Shown: piece after piece, positions 56,869 to 64,000 of the stretch | Numbering within the stretch: position 1 is the stretch's first letter | How the letters are laid out: each line of letters opens with the position of its first letter | From: an uncultured Weeksellaceae bacterium | GTDB lineage: Bacteria; Bacteroidota; Bacteroidia; Flavobacteriales_D; CAYVSK01 | Assembly (NCBI GenBank): GCA_964537825.1 | Contig: CAZIDL010000001.1 | Coordinates: 67,668-131,667, forward strand | Reading direction: 5' to 3' | DNA length: 64,000 bases | Made by a program: the position numbers and the translations under genes | Notes under the pieces: generated by a model | What the model was told of the DNA's origin: nothing | The model's input: the letters and a program-made list of their open reading frames with translations, nothing else | The model's database searches: none

Positions 56869-56922
56869 GTAGCTTAGCAAGGAGTTTCGGCAGTTCGATC
56901 CTCTCACTCCCCGGATCTTCAC

Positions 56923-56930
56923 TAATTTTG
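56923..56930 (+). promoter_or_regulatory. -7 promoter box (TAATTTTG) for tRNA-Leu (possibly also tig-clpP-clpX)
   Basis: Exact TAnnTTTG, 28 nt upstream of the first tRNA nucleotide. Confidence 0.4.
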
Positions 56931-56958
56931 CGGGGCCGTCGGATGCGGCGGCCGGCAT

Positions 56959-57041
56959 GCGGATGTGGCGGAATTGGTAGACGCGCTTGACTTAGGATCA
57001 AGTGCCTTTACGGCGTGGGGGTTCGAGTCCCTCCATCCGCA
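56959..57041 (+). tRNA. tRNA-Leu (anticodon UAG), type II with long variable arm
   Basis: Hand-folded. The acceptor is GCGGATG/CATCCGC, the D-arm is GCG-GAATTGGTAGA-CGC, and the anticodon stem CTTGA/TCAAG carries loop CTTAGGA (anticodon TAG). It has a 14-nt variable arm and T-arm GGGGG-TTCGAGT-CCCTC. The discriminator is A and no CCA is encoded. Confidence 0.9.
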
Positions 57042-57105
57042 CGGTTCGGATGCAAGTTATGATCATTACTCGAAAGGCCCTTGGGGCCAAAAGCTAAGGA
57101 GCTAA

Positions 57106-58515
57106 ATGGAAGTCGAGCAAAAAGATATCGATGAGTTGAACGCAGAACTCCGGGTCCGGATCGAACCGGAGGACTACAAGGACGAACTGGAGCAGAAGAT
57201 CGAGGAGCAGCGGAAGCAGGCTCAGATGCCAGGATTCCGTCCGGGCAAGGTGCCGAAGAGCCTTATAAGGAAAAAGTACGGGCAGAGCCTGATGGGCTAT
57301 CTCATCGATCAGAAACTGCAGTCGAAGGTGCAGGAGCATTTGCAGAGCTTGGATCGGAAGACGCTGGGAGGTCCGATGCCAAAGGACGAGCAGCAGGAAC
57401 AACAGCTCGATCCCGAGAACCCCCAACCACTCGAATTCGTCTATAGTATCGGTTTCGCTCCTGAGATCGACACGGACCTCTCCAACGAGACCTTCACCTA
57501 TTACAAGGTCAAGGTGGACGATGAGCTGGTCGACCAGCAGGTAGAGGACATACGCAAGCGCTATGGCCAATTGGTCGAGGTCGAAGAGGTCGGCGAAGAG
57601 GACATGGTGACCGGAGATCTCAAGGAACTCGACGAGAACGGGAACGTGAGAGCGGACGGCATCCAGCACCGCTCTAGCATCGTGTTGACCGCCATCGAGG
57701 ATGAAGAGGCCCGGAAGCAGCTCCTGGGATTGAAAAAGGGCGATAGCGTCGATATCGACCCGAGGCGTTTTTCCAAAGGCGAACAGGATCTGGCCTCGAT
57801 GTTGAACATCGAGAAGGAGCAAGCTAGGGACCTCGATAGCACTTTTCGCTACGAGATCCAGGATATTCGGCGGATGCAGCCCGCCGAGCTCGATCAGGAG
57901 CTCTTCGACAAAGTGCTCGGAGAAGGTGAAGTGGACAGTGAAGAAGCTTTCCGCGAACGGATCCGGCAACAACTCGAGGACAAGTTCGAACCCGAGAGTG
58001 ACAAACTCCTCCAAAAGACGGTCCTCGAACATTTGATGGAAAAACAGGACCTATCCTTCCCGGAGGAGCACCTTAAGCGCTGGATCAAGGAGAACAATAA
58101 GGAGCCGATAACGGATGAGCAATTGGAGCAGGATTTCGACAATTATGCTCGCAACTTGCGCTGGCAGCTCATCGAGAACAAGCTGATCGAAGAGAACGAT
58201 ATCCAAGTGGATGAGCAGGATGCAGTGAACTATACCAAGACCCTGCTCCAGAGGCAATACGATCAGTACGGGATCCCTTACCCCGGCGATGAGGAGATGG
58301 AACAGAGTGCTCGCCAGATCCTTCAGGATCAGAACGAGAGCCAGCAGATCTTTCAGAACCTTTATGGATATCAGCTGATCGAGCATTTCAAACAGAACCT
58401 CCAGCTCGAAGAGAAGGAAGTCTCCTACGACGAATTCCTTAAATTGGCCCAAGATGAGGGCGACAAGAAGGAAAAAGAAGAAGCAAAAAGCGAACAAGAA
58501 CAGACCACGACCTGA
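57106..58515 (+). CDS. tig: Trigger factor
   Basis: 469 aa with an N-terminal ribosome-binding region (MPGFRPGKVPKSLIRKKYG). The position upstream of clpP-clpX is the conserved arrangement. It has an acidic/lysine-rich tail. Confidence 0.9.
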   Translation: MEVEQKDIDELNAELRVRIEPEDYKDELEQKIEEQRKQAQMPGFRPGKVPKSLIRKKYGQSLMGYLIDQKLQSKVQEHLQSLDRKTLGGPMPKDEQQEQQLDPENPQPLEFVYSIGFAPEIDTDLSNETFTYYKVKVDDELVDQQVEDIRKRYGQLVEVEEVGEEDMVTGDLKELDENGNVRADGIQHRSSIVLTAIEDEEARKQLLGLKKGDSVDIDPRRFSKGEQDLASMLNIEKEQARDLDSTFRYEIQDIRRMQPAELDQELFDKVLGEGEVDSEEAFRERIRQQLEDKFEPESDKLLQKTVLEHLMEKQDLSFPEEHLKRWIKENNKEPITDEQLEQDFDNYARNLRWQLIENKLIEENDIQVDEQDAVNYTKTLLQRQYDQYGIPYPGDEEMEQSARQILQDQNESQQIFQNLYGYQLIEHFKQNLQLEEKEVSYDEFLKLAQDEGDKKEKEEAKSEQEQTTT

Positions 58516-58538
58516 TCGATAGGTCGAGGCCCAAACCC

Positions 58539-59231
58539 ATGACCATGGAAGATCTCGGGAACGAGTTCAGAAAATACGCAGTACAGCATCACGGCATTTC
58601 AGGAGAAACGGTGGACAGCACCATCAAGGGGATGACCCCCTATATCATCGAAGAGCGCCAGCTCAACGTTGCTCAGATGGATGTGTTCTCCCGCCTCATG
58701 ATGGACCGGATCATATTCCTCGGCATGCCCATCAACGATCAAGTGGCCAACGTGGTGCAGGCGCAGCTCCTGTTCCTACAGAGTGCTGATCCGAAAAAGG
58801 ACATCCAGCTCTATTTGAACACGCCTGGCGGTTCGGTCTATGCCGGATTGGGCATCTACGATACCATGCAGCACATTTCACCCAACGTTGCCACGATCTG
58901 CACCGGTATGGCCGCATCGATGGGGGCGGTCCTCCTCTGTGCCGGCGAGGAAGGGAAAAGGACGGCGCTCCGTCATTCCCGCGTCATGATCCATCAACCG
59001 ATGGGCGGTGCTCAGGGGCAGGCGACGGACATCGAGATCACGGCTCAGGAGATCGTCAAGATGAAGCAGGAGCTCTATGCGATCATTTCAGAGCATAGCG
59101 GTCAGGAATACGATAAGGTCTACAATGATGGTGACCGTGACTTCTGGATGCGTGCCGACGAAGCCAAGGAATACGGAATGATCGACGAAGTGCTCGGTCA
59201 CAAAGGGGAAGGAGCTCAGCAGGGAACCTGA
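58539..59231 (+). CDS. clpP: ATP-dependent Clp protease proteolytic subunit
   Basis: 230 aa with DRIIFLG, catalytic Ser context CTGMAASMGAVLL, and RVMIHQPMGG. Confidence 0.96.
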   Translation: MTMEDLGNEFRKYAVQHHGISGETVDSTIKGMTPYIIEERQLNVAQMDVFSRLMMDRIIFLGMPINDQVANVVQAQLLFLQSADPKKDIQLYLNTPGGSVYAGLGIYDTMQHISPNVATICTGMAASMGAVLLCAGEEGKRTALRHSRVMIHQPMGGAQGQATDIEITAQEIVKMKQELYAIISEHSGQEYDKVYNDGDRDFWMRADEAKEYGMIDEVLGHKGEGAQQGT

Positions 59232-59294
59232 TCCGCGTTTTGCTGTTCCAGGTTTAAGAATTGAACGATAAAGCGAAGCCATATCAGCGACAAT

Positions 59295-60542
59295 ATGGAG
59301 GATAAGGAAGTCAAATGCTCCTTTTGCGGAAGGAAGAAGAAGGACACGAACGTTCTGATCGCTGGCATTACCGGTTATATCTGTGACCGTTGCATCGCCC
59401 AGGGGAACAACATCGTGAAGGAGGAGATGATGGAGAAAGAAGGGAACGAATTGGAAGAGGAAGTGAAGGTCCAGAAACCCAAGGAGATCAAATCCTATCT
59501 GGACGAATTCGTGATCGGGCAGGACGAAGCCAAGCGAGTGATGGCCGTAGCCGTCTACAATCACTACAAACGGCTCCTTCAAAAGCCTTCCGGTAACGAA
59601 GAGGAGGATGACGTGCGCATCCAGAAATCGAACGTCATCATGGTGGGAGAGACCGGAACCGGTAAGACGCTGATGGCCAAGACCATCGCTGACATGCTCA
59701 ACGTCCCCTTCTGCATCGCTGACGCGACCATTCTGACCGAAGCCGGTTACGTGGGAGAGGATGTAGAGAGCATCCTCTCACGTTTGGTACAGGCAGCCGA
59801 CAATGATGTGAAGCGGGCGGAAAAAGGGATCGTTTACATCGACGAGATCGATAAAGTCGCCCGCAAAGGGGATAACGCATCGCTCACCCGGGATGTCTCC
59901 GGGGAAGGGGTGCAACAAGCGCTTCTGAAGCTCCTCGAAGGTTCCCAGGCCAATATTCCGCCTCAAGGAGGCCGCAAGCATCCCGAACAGAAGCTGATCC
60001 AGATCAAGACCGACAACATTCTCTTCATCTGCGGAGGGGCCTTTGATGGGATCGAACGGGTGATCTCCAGACGGATCAAGACCAGCGAGATCGGGTACAG
60101 CTCTTCACAGGATCAGGAGATCGATGAACAGAACATCCTCCGTTACATTTCGCCTCAGGACCTTCGCACCTATGGCTTGATCCCGGAGCTTATCGGACGT
60201 TTCCCGGTGCTCACCTACCTCCATTCCCTGGACCACGAAACGCTCAAGCGGATCATGACCGAACCGAAGAACGCTCTGATCAAGCAATACGTGAAGCTTT
60301 TCGAAATGGACGGGATCGAACTCAGCTTCGACAAGGAGGTCTACGATTTCATCGTAGAAAAGGCCATCGAACTCGAGCTCGGAGCGCGGGGCCTTCGGTC
60401 CATCTGTGAAGTGATCATGCGGGATGCAATGTACGAGGTCCCCTCAGGAGAGGAGGGTGAGAATAAAAAATTCCGCGTCACCCTGCAGTACGCCAAGGAT
60501 AAGTTCAATCGTTCCAAGATGGGTGAACTCAAGGTGGCGTGA
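59295..60542 (+). CDS. clpX: ATP-dependent Clp protease ATP-binding subunit ClpX
   Basis: 415 aa with a zinc-binding N-domain ([17 protein letters not shown]...ICDRC), Walker [12 protein letters not shown], Walker [10 protein letters not shown] and GRFP. Confidence 0.97.
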   Translation: MEDKEVKCSFCGRKKKDTNVLIAGITGYICDRCIAQGNNIVKEEMMEKEGNELEEEVKVQKPKEIKSYLDEFVIGQDEAKRVMAVAVYNHYKRLLQKPSGNEEEDDVRIQKSNVIMVGETGTGKTLMAKTIADMLNVPFCIADATILTEAGYVGEDVESILSRLVQAADNDVKRAEKGIVYIDEIDKVARKGDNASLTRDVSGEGVQQALLKLLEGSQANIPPQGGRKHPEQKLIQIKTDNILFICGGAFDGIERVISRRIKTSEIGYSSSQDQEIDEQNILRYISPQDLRTYGLIPELIGRFPVLTYLHSLDHETLKRIMTEPKNALIKQYVKLFEMDGIELSFDKEVYDFIVEKAIELELGARGLRSICEVIMRDAMYEVPSGEEGENKKFRVTLQYAKDKFNRSKMGELKVA

Positions 60543-60559
60543 GCTTCACGACATAAAAA

Positions 60560-60582
60560 AGGGGCGATCTCAGAGCGCCCCT
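60560..60582. terminator. GC-rich hairpin after clpX; its T-tract is on the minus-strand side only
   Basis: 7-bp stem AGGGGCG (60560-66) / CGCCCCT (60576-82) with a 9-nt loop. An A6 tract precedes it on the + strand (equivalent to a U-tract for minus-strand transcripts coming from folA). No T-run follows on the + strand. Confidence 0.4.
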
Positions 60583-60811
60583 CTTCCCGATGCTTCTTCC
60601 GGCAAACCCTCAGTTCACGTGGATCTGATAAGCTTTCCAATTCACAGGGTCCGTGGAATCGCTTGGAAGCTAAGGTCCAGCTTTAACAACTGCTGGTCTT
60701 ATTGCGGATAGCAGGAAGCGATCCCACTATAAGGATAGCTCGGATCAAGAGGCCTGATAAGACATTTTTGCTCGTTCTGGTCCAAGGCTCATCATCATGC
60801 TGGCTTTATAC

Positions 60812-61315
60812 CTATACCCTTTCATAAGTTACGAAAGAATATGGAAAGGGATGGGCCTTGTCGGGTGACCGCTCTTCTCGTTCCACCTCTTTCCATTCAG
60901 GGCCGATCTCAGGGAAGAATACGTCCCCGTCGAATTCAGCGTGGATCCATGTGATATAAAGGCGGTCAGCGATCTCCATACCGATCCTGTAGATCTGTTC
61001 CCCACCAACGATGAAAGGTTCCGTATCATTTTGTACACGGGTCAGGGCATCCTCTAGTGAGTGCACGACGAGGCAATCCTCATTCGGCACTTCGTAGCTT
61101 TCCCTTCGGGTGATGATGATATTGGTCCGATCGGGCAGGCTGCCTTTGAAGGATTCAAAGGTCTTTCGTCCCATGGTCACATGATGACCCTTGGTCTTTC
61201 GCTTGAAGAATTTCAGATCCTCCGGCATATGCCACATCAGCCCATTATCCTTTCCGATGGCACGATTCTCACTGCATGCCGCGATCATGGAGACCGTCAT
61301 CCCCTTCCAGGTCAT
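60812..61315 (-). CDS. folA: Dihydrofolate reductase
   Basis: 167 aa with [31 protein letters not shown] and MGRKTFES. An ATGA overlap with the thyA stop supports the 61315 start; an in-frame ATG at 61300 is an alternative. Confidence 0.93.
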   Translation of the reverse strand: MTWKGMTVSMIAACSENRAIGKDNGLMWHMPEDLKFFKRKTKGHHVTMGRKTFESFKGSLPDRTNIIITRRESYEVPNEDCLVVHSLEDALTRVQNDTEPFIVGGEQIYRIGMEIADRLYITWIHAEFDGDVFFPEIGPEWKEVEREERSPDKAHPFPYSFVTYERV

Positions 61316-62106
61316 ACCGATACCTTGGCTTTGATATGCGGGTGAGGATGGTAGTCCTGGAGTTCAAAGTCCTCGTAGCTAAAGGAAAAGAGGTCTTTCA
61401 CTTCAGGGTTGATCCACATCTTAGGAAGGGATCTCGGTTCGCGTTGCAACTGGGTGCGGGCTTGTTCCAGGTGGTCGTTGTAGAGGTGGACGTCCCCGAA
61501 GGTATGGATGAATTCGCCCGGTTCGAGGTCCGTTACTTGGGCGACCATCATGGTCAACAGGGCATAGGAGGCAATGTTGAAGGGAACCCCGATGAAAGTG
61601 TCGGCGCTTCGCTGGTATAATTGGCAGGAAAGTTCACCGTTCGCCGCGTAGAATTGGAAGAGGCAATGGCAAGGCGGGAGCCCCATTCGTTCGATATCGG
61701 CAACGTTCCAAGCCGATACGATGATCCGTCTTGAATGCGGCGTCTCGCGGATCTGCTCCAGTACTTTTTGGATCTGATCGATGTGCTGACCGTCAGGGGT
61801 TGGCCAGGAACGCCACTGGTATCCGTAGATGGGACCGAGGTCCCCGTTCTCATCCGCCCAGGGATCCCATATAGAAACGCCGTGCTCTTTGAGATACTCG
61901 ATATTGGTGCTCCCCTGGAGGAACCAAAGGAGCTCGTGGATGATGGAGCGAAGGTGGAGCTTTTTGGTCGTAAGGGCCGGGAACCCTTCTTGAAGGTCAA
62001 AGCGCATCTGATGGCCGAAACAGCTTAAAGTGCCCGTTCCCGTACGGTCTTCCTTAGCGGTTCCCGTATCGAGGATCTTTTGAAGGAGGTCCAGATATTG
62101 CTGCAT
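61312..62106 (-). CDS. thyA: Thymidylate synthase (ThyA type)
   Basis: 264 aa with [37 protein letters not shown] and active site [11 protein letters not shown]. Confidence 0.98.
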   Translation of the reverse strand: MQQYLDLLQKILDTGTAKEDRTGTGTLSCFGHQMRFDLQEGFPALTTKKLHLRSIIHELLWFLQGSTNIEYLKEHGVSIWDPWADENGDLGPIYGYQWRSWPTPDGQHIDQIQKVLEQIRETPHSRRIIVSAWNVADIERMGLPPCHCLFQFYAANGELSCQLYQRSADTFIGVPFNIASYALLTMMVAQVTDLEPGEFIHTFGDVHLYNDHLEQARTQLQREPRSLPKMWINPEVKDLFSFSYEDFELQDYHPHPHIKAKVSV

Positions 62107-62139
62107 GAAGGATCGAGCTGCTCAGGGTAATTGATAGGA

Positions 62140-62592
62140 TCAATCGAAGTCCGGATCCGGAGCCTTCATGTATTCCTTCTGCTTGGGTTTGATGTGTTCC
62201 ACGAAGAGCACGTTCACCAATTTCTCCTTTTCGTCGGTCACTTTGGGACCGGCTATCCCGTTCACGATCTCAAAGTCGACCTCTGGATGCTTGAATTTAT
62301 ATCCCAATTCCTCATAGGTGGAATCCGATACCATCAGATGGACATTCTGAACCACGCCGCTCTTGACCTTGGCCTTCCCCATATAACAGTTGGCACGATC
62401 GCCTTTGCGGACCGTGACCACGACGTTCTCGTGGACGCCGTTCTCTACATTTTTGGCTCCCCTTTGTTCAAAGACCTCGATGTATTCTCGATAACAGCTC
62501 TTAGCCTTATCTTTAGCTCCGTTCTTTTGGGCAATGCTCGGATCACAGAAAAAGAGGAGGACCAAGATGATGGCATAAAGGATCGGTCTCAT
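62140..62592 (-). CDS. Small secreted hypothetical protein upstream of thyA-folA
   Basis: 150 aa with signal peptide MRPILYAIILVLLFFCDPSIAQ. There is a 33-nt gap to thyA on the same strand. I recognise no family. A near-match -7 box (TACCTTTA, 62613-20, minus) lies 20 nt upstream. Confidence 0.55.
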   Translation of the reverse strand: MRPILYAIILVLLFFCDPSIAQKNGAKDKAKSCYREYIEVFEQRGAKNVENGVHENVVVTVRKGDRANCYMGKAKVKSGVVQNVHLMVSDSTYEELGYKFKHPEVDFEIVNGIAGPKVTDEKEKLVNVLFVEHIKPKQKEYMKAPDPDFD

Positions 62593-62659
62593 GGCATCCC
62601 TGCTTTACGAGCTTAAAGGTAATAAGGACCGCCGGACCTTCATCGCTTTGGATTTTTTG

Positions 62660-62667
62660 TAAGTTTG
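62660..62667 (+). promoter_or_regulatory. -7 promoter box (TAAGTTTG) for gmhA
   Basis: Exact TAnnTTTG, 24 nt upstream of ATG 62692. The ORF-track TTG start (62665) lies inside the box. Confidence 0.4.
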
Positions 62668-62691
62668 AAAAAGTTATGCGGAACTAGCTAT

Positions 62692-63270
62692 ATGATCGTC
62701 GAAGATCATTTCAAACAAGCGCGGAAGCTCTTCGATAAATTCATGGATGAAGAGCGGAACTTCCGGTCGATCGAAGAGGCCGGAGATCTGCTCGCAAGCT
62801 GTTTGAAGAGCGGGAATAAGGTGTATGCTTGTGGGAATGGTGGCTCGCTCTGCGATGCTATGCATTTTGCGGAGGAGATGACCGGGAACTTTCGGGAGGA
62901 TCGCTCCCCTTTTCCTGCTATAGCTATTGCTGACCCTGCCCATATTACCTGTACCTCGAACGATTTCGGTTTCGAACAAGTGTTTTCCCGCTACATTGAA
63001 GCCTTCGGTGTACGGGGCGATGTCCTGCTGGCTATAAGCACTAGCGGGAATTCCCGGAACGTGCTCAACGGCGTTAACACCGCTAAGAAAAAGGGGGTCA
63101 AGGTCATCGGCCTGACCGGAAAGAACGGCGGCGAACTTTCCTATTCTGCTGATATCGAGATCCGCGCCCCCTATTCCGACCACTCCGACCACGCTCAGGA
63201 ACTCCACATCACGATCATTCACTCCCTCATCCAGTACGTTGAACAACGAATGGACCAAGAAGAGGGATAA
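62692..63270 (+). CDS. gmhA: SIS-domain D-sedoheptulose-7-phosphate isomerase
   Basis: Start set at ATG 62692. Motifs are CGNGGSLCDAMHFAEE, ISTSGNSRNVL and VIGLTGKNGG. Confidence 0.85.
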   Translation: MIVEDHFKQARKLFDKFMDEERNFRSIEEAGDLLASCLKSGNKVYACGNGGSLCDAMHFAEEMTGNFREDRSPFPAIAIADPAHITCTSNDFGFEQVFSRYIEAFGVRGDVLLAISTSGNSRNVLNGVNTAKKKGVKVIGLTGKNGGELSYSADIEIRAPYSDHSDHAQELHITIIHSLIQYVEQRMDQEEG

Positions 63271-64000
63271 ATGCTCATTCATACTTATGGGAGTGCGGTG
63301 TACGGGGTGCAAGCCATCCCGATCACCATCGAAGTATCCATCGGTCAGGGAGTGAATTTCTTTCTCGTCGGGCTCCCTGATAGTGCGGTCAAAGAAAGCC
63401 AGCAACGGATCGAATCCGCTGTTGGCTCGGCCGGTTATCGCGTACCGGGGAAGAAGATCGTTATCAACATGGCCCCTGCTGATATCCGGAAGGAAGGGTC
63501 GTCCTATGATCTTCCACTGGCTATGGGTTTATTGGCGGCTTCCGGCCAAATAGTGGGAGCGGCAATGGACCAGTATTTGATGATGGGCGAGCTATCGCTC
63601 GATGGCTCCCTACGTCCGATACGGGGGGCTCTTCCGATCGCGGTACGGGCCCGTGACGATGGCTTCGAAGGCCTCGTTCTGCCTGCCGACAATGCGGCTG
63701 AAGCTGCAGTGGTCGATGGCATCGGGATCTATGGTGCCAGACATATAAGCGAGGTCATTTCCCATTTTGATGATGGGGATCCGATGCGGTCGCTCGAGGC
63801 ACCCAAAAGAAGGCTCCCTTCTTCAGGTAGTATCTCCGAAGAAGCTGATATGGCTGATGTGAAAGGGCAGGAGAATGTTAAGCGGGCTATGGAGATCGCG
63901 GCCGCAGGTGGTCACAACTTGTTACTGATCGGACCGCCTGGAGTGGGTAAGACCATGCTCGCAAAGCGACTTCCCTCCATCCTCCCAGTACTTTCGATGG
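63271..64000 (+). CDS. YifB/ComM-family Mg-chelatase-like AAA+ ATPase, N-terminal part (continues beyond window)
   Basis: Own translation from ATG 63271, immediately after the gmhA stop. It reads MLIHTYGSAVYGVQAIPITIEVSIGQGVNFFLVGLPDSAVKESQQRI...YDLPLAMGLLAASGQI...GELSLDGSLRPIRGALP...HNLLLIGPPGVGKTMLAKRLPSILP (Walker A). The frame is open to the window end, so it is absent from the ORF track. Confidence 0.88.
   Translation, partial: MLIHTYGSAVYGVQAIPITIEVSIGQGVNFFLVGLPDSAVKESQQRIESAVGSAGYRVPGKKIVINMAPADIRKEGSSYDLPLAMGLLAASGQIVGAAMDQYLMMGELSLDGSLRPIRGALPIAVRARDDGFEGLVLPADNAAEAAVVDGIGIYGARHISEVISHFDDGDPMRSLEAPKRRLPSSGSISEEADMADVKGQENVKRAMEIAAAGGHNLLLIGPPGVGKTMLAKRLPSILPVLSM

Noticed and set aside
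56889-56901. GGCAGTTCGATCC, which looks like a tRNA T-arm fragment next to tRNA-Leu (possible integration-site remnant)
   Set aside because: The flanks do not form a complementary T-stem or any cloverleaf on either strand. The segment is not a repeat of the 3' end of the adjacent tRNA-Leu. No integrase or other mobile-element gene is nearby.
60660-60730. AGGTCC and GCAGGAAGC strings reminiscent of the SRP RNA domain IV
   Set aside because: The two strings are ~35 nt apart instead of flanking a GNRA tetraloop. No matching 5'/3' closing helix is visible.

Overview
This window looks like an ordinary, housekeeping-dominated chromosomal segment of a Bacteroidota genome. Three things support that assignment: T9SS-type C-terminal sorting domains on secreted proteases, an atpD-atpC pair standing apart from other atp genes, and many exact TAnnTTTG -7 promoter boxes upstream of start codons.

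I can support 52 protein-coding genes (two run off the window edges) and one tRNA-Leu(UAG). I also list four fairly clear or plausible hairpin terminators and 14 promoter-box candidates. I see no rRNA, no CRISPR array, no transposase, integrase or phage genes, and no long direct repeats.

The recognisable core genes are hmgA (partial), trhO, tdh, polA, mgtE, gpmI, fbp, mfd, atpDC, ribF, ahcY, greA, ruvC, tig-clpP-clpX, thyA-folA, gmhA and a partial comM/yifB-like gene. Several ORF-track starts appear too far upstream and were trimmed: the 5577, 16247, 16512, 17742, 22571, 31791, 38296, 41932, 45793, 56958 and 62665 ORFs. Many long ORFs in the track are antisense shadows of real genes.

The best candidate for an undescribed system is the same-strand three-gene outer-membrane module at 42.1-51.0 kb. 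It encodes a 1227-aa TonB-dependent-receptor-like barrel, a 1344-aa secreted protein of no family I can name that ends in an atypical CTD-like domain, and a PorV/FadL-like barrel.

Secondary curiosities:
- a tandem pair of M43-like T9SS metalloproteases
- a translationally coupled usp-sulP-dehydrogenase operon whose SulP carries an unassigned ~200-aa C-terminal extension
- a PPTase / GGGPS-family / ThiE-like operon
- a Rieske-like lipoprotein with both His ligands replaced
- predicted leaderless mgtE, yqaA and usp transcripts
- two perfect palindromes in intergenic DNA

All functional calls rest on my own reading of the translated sequences and remembered family motifs. No database search was run.
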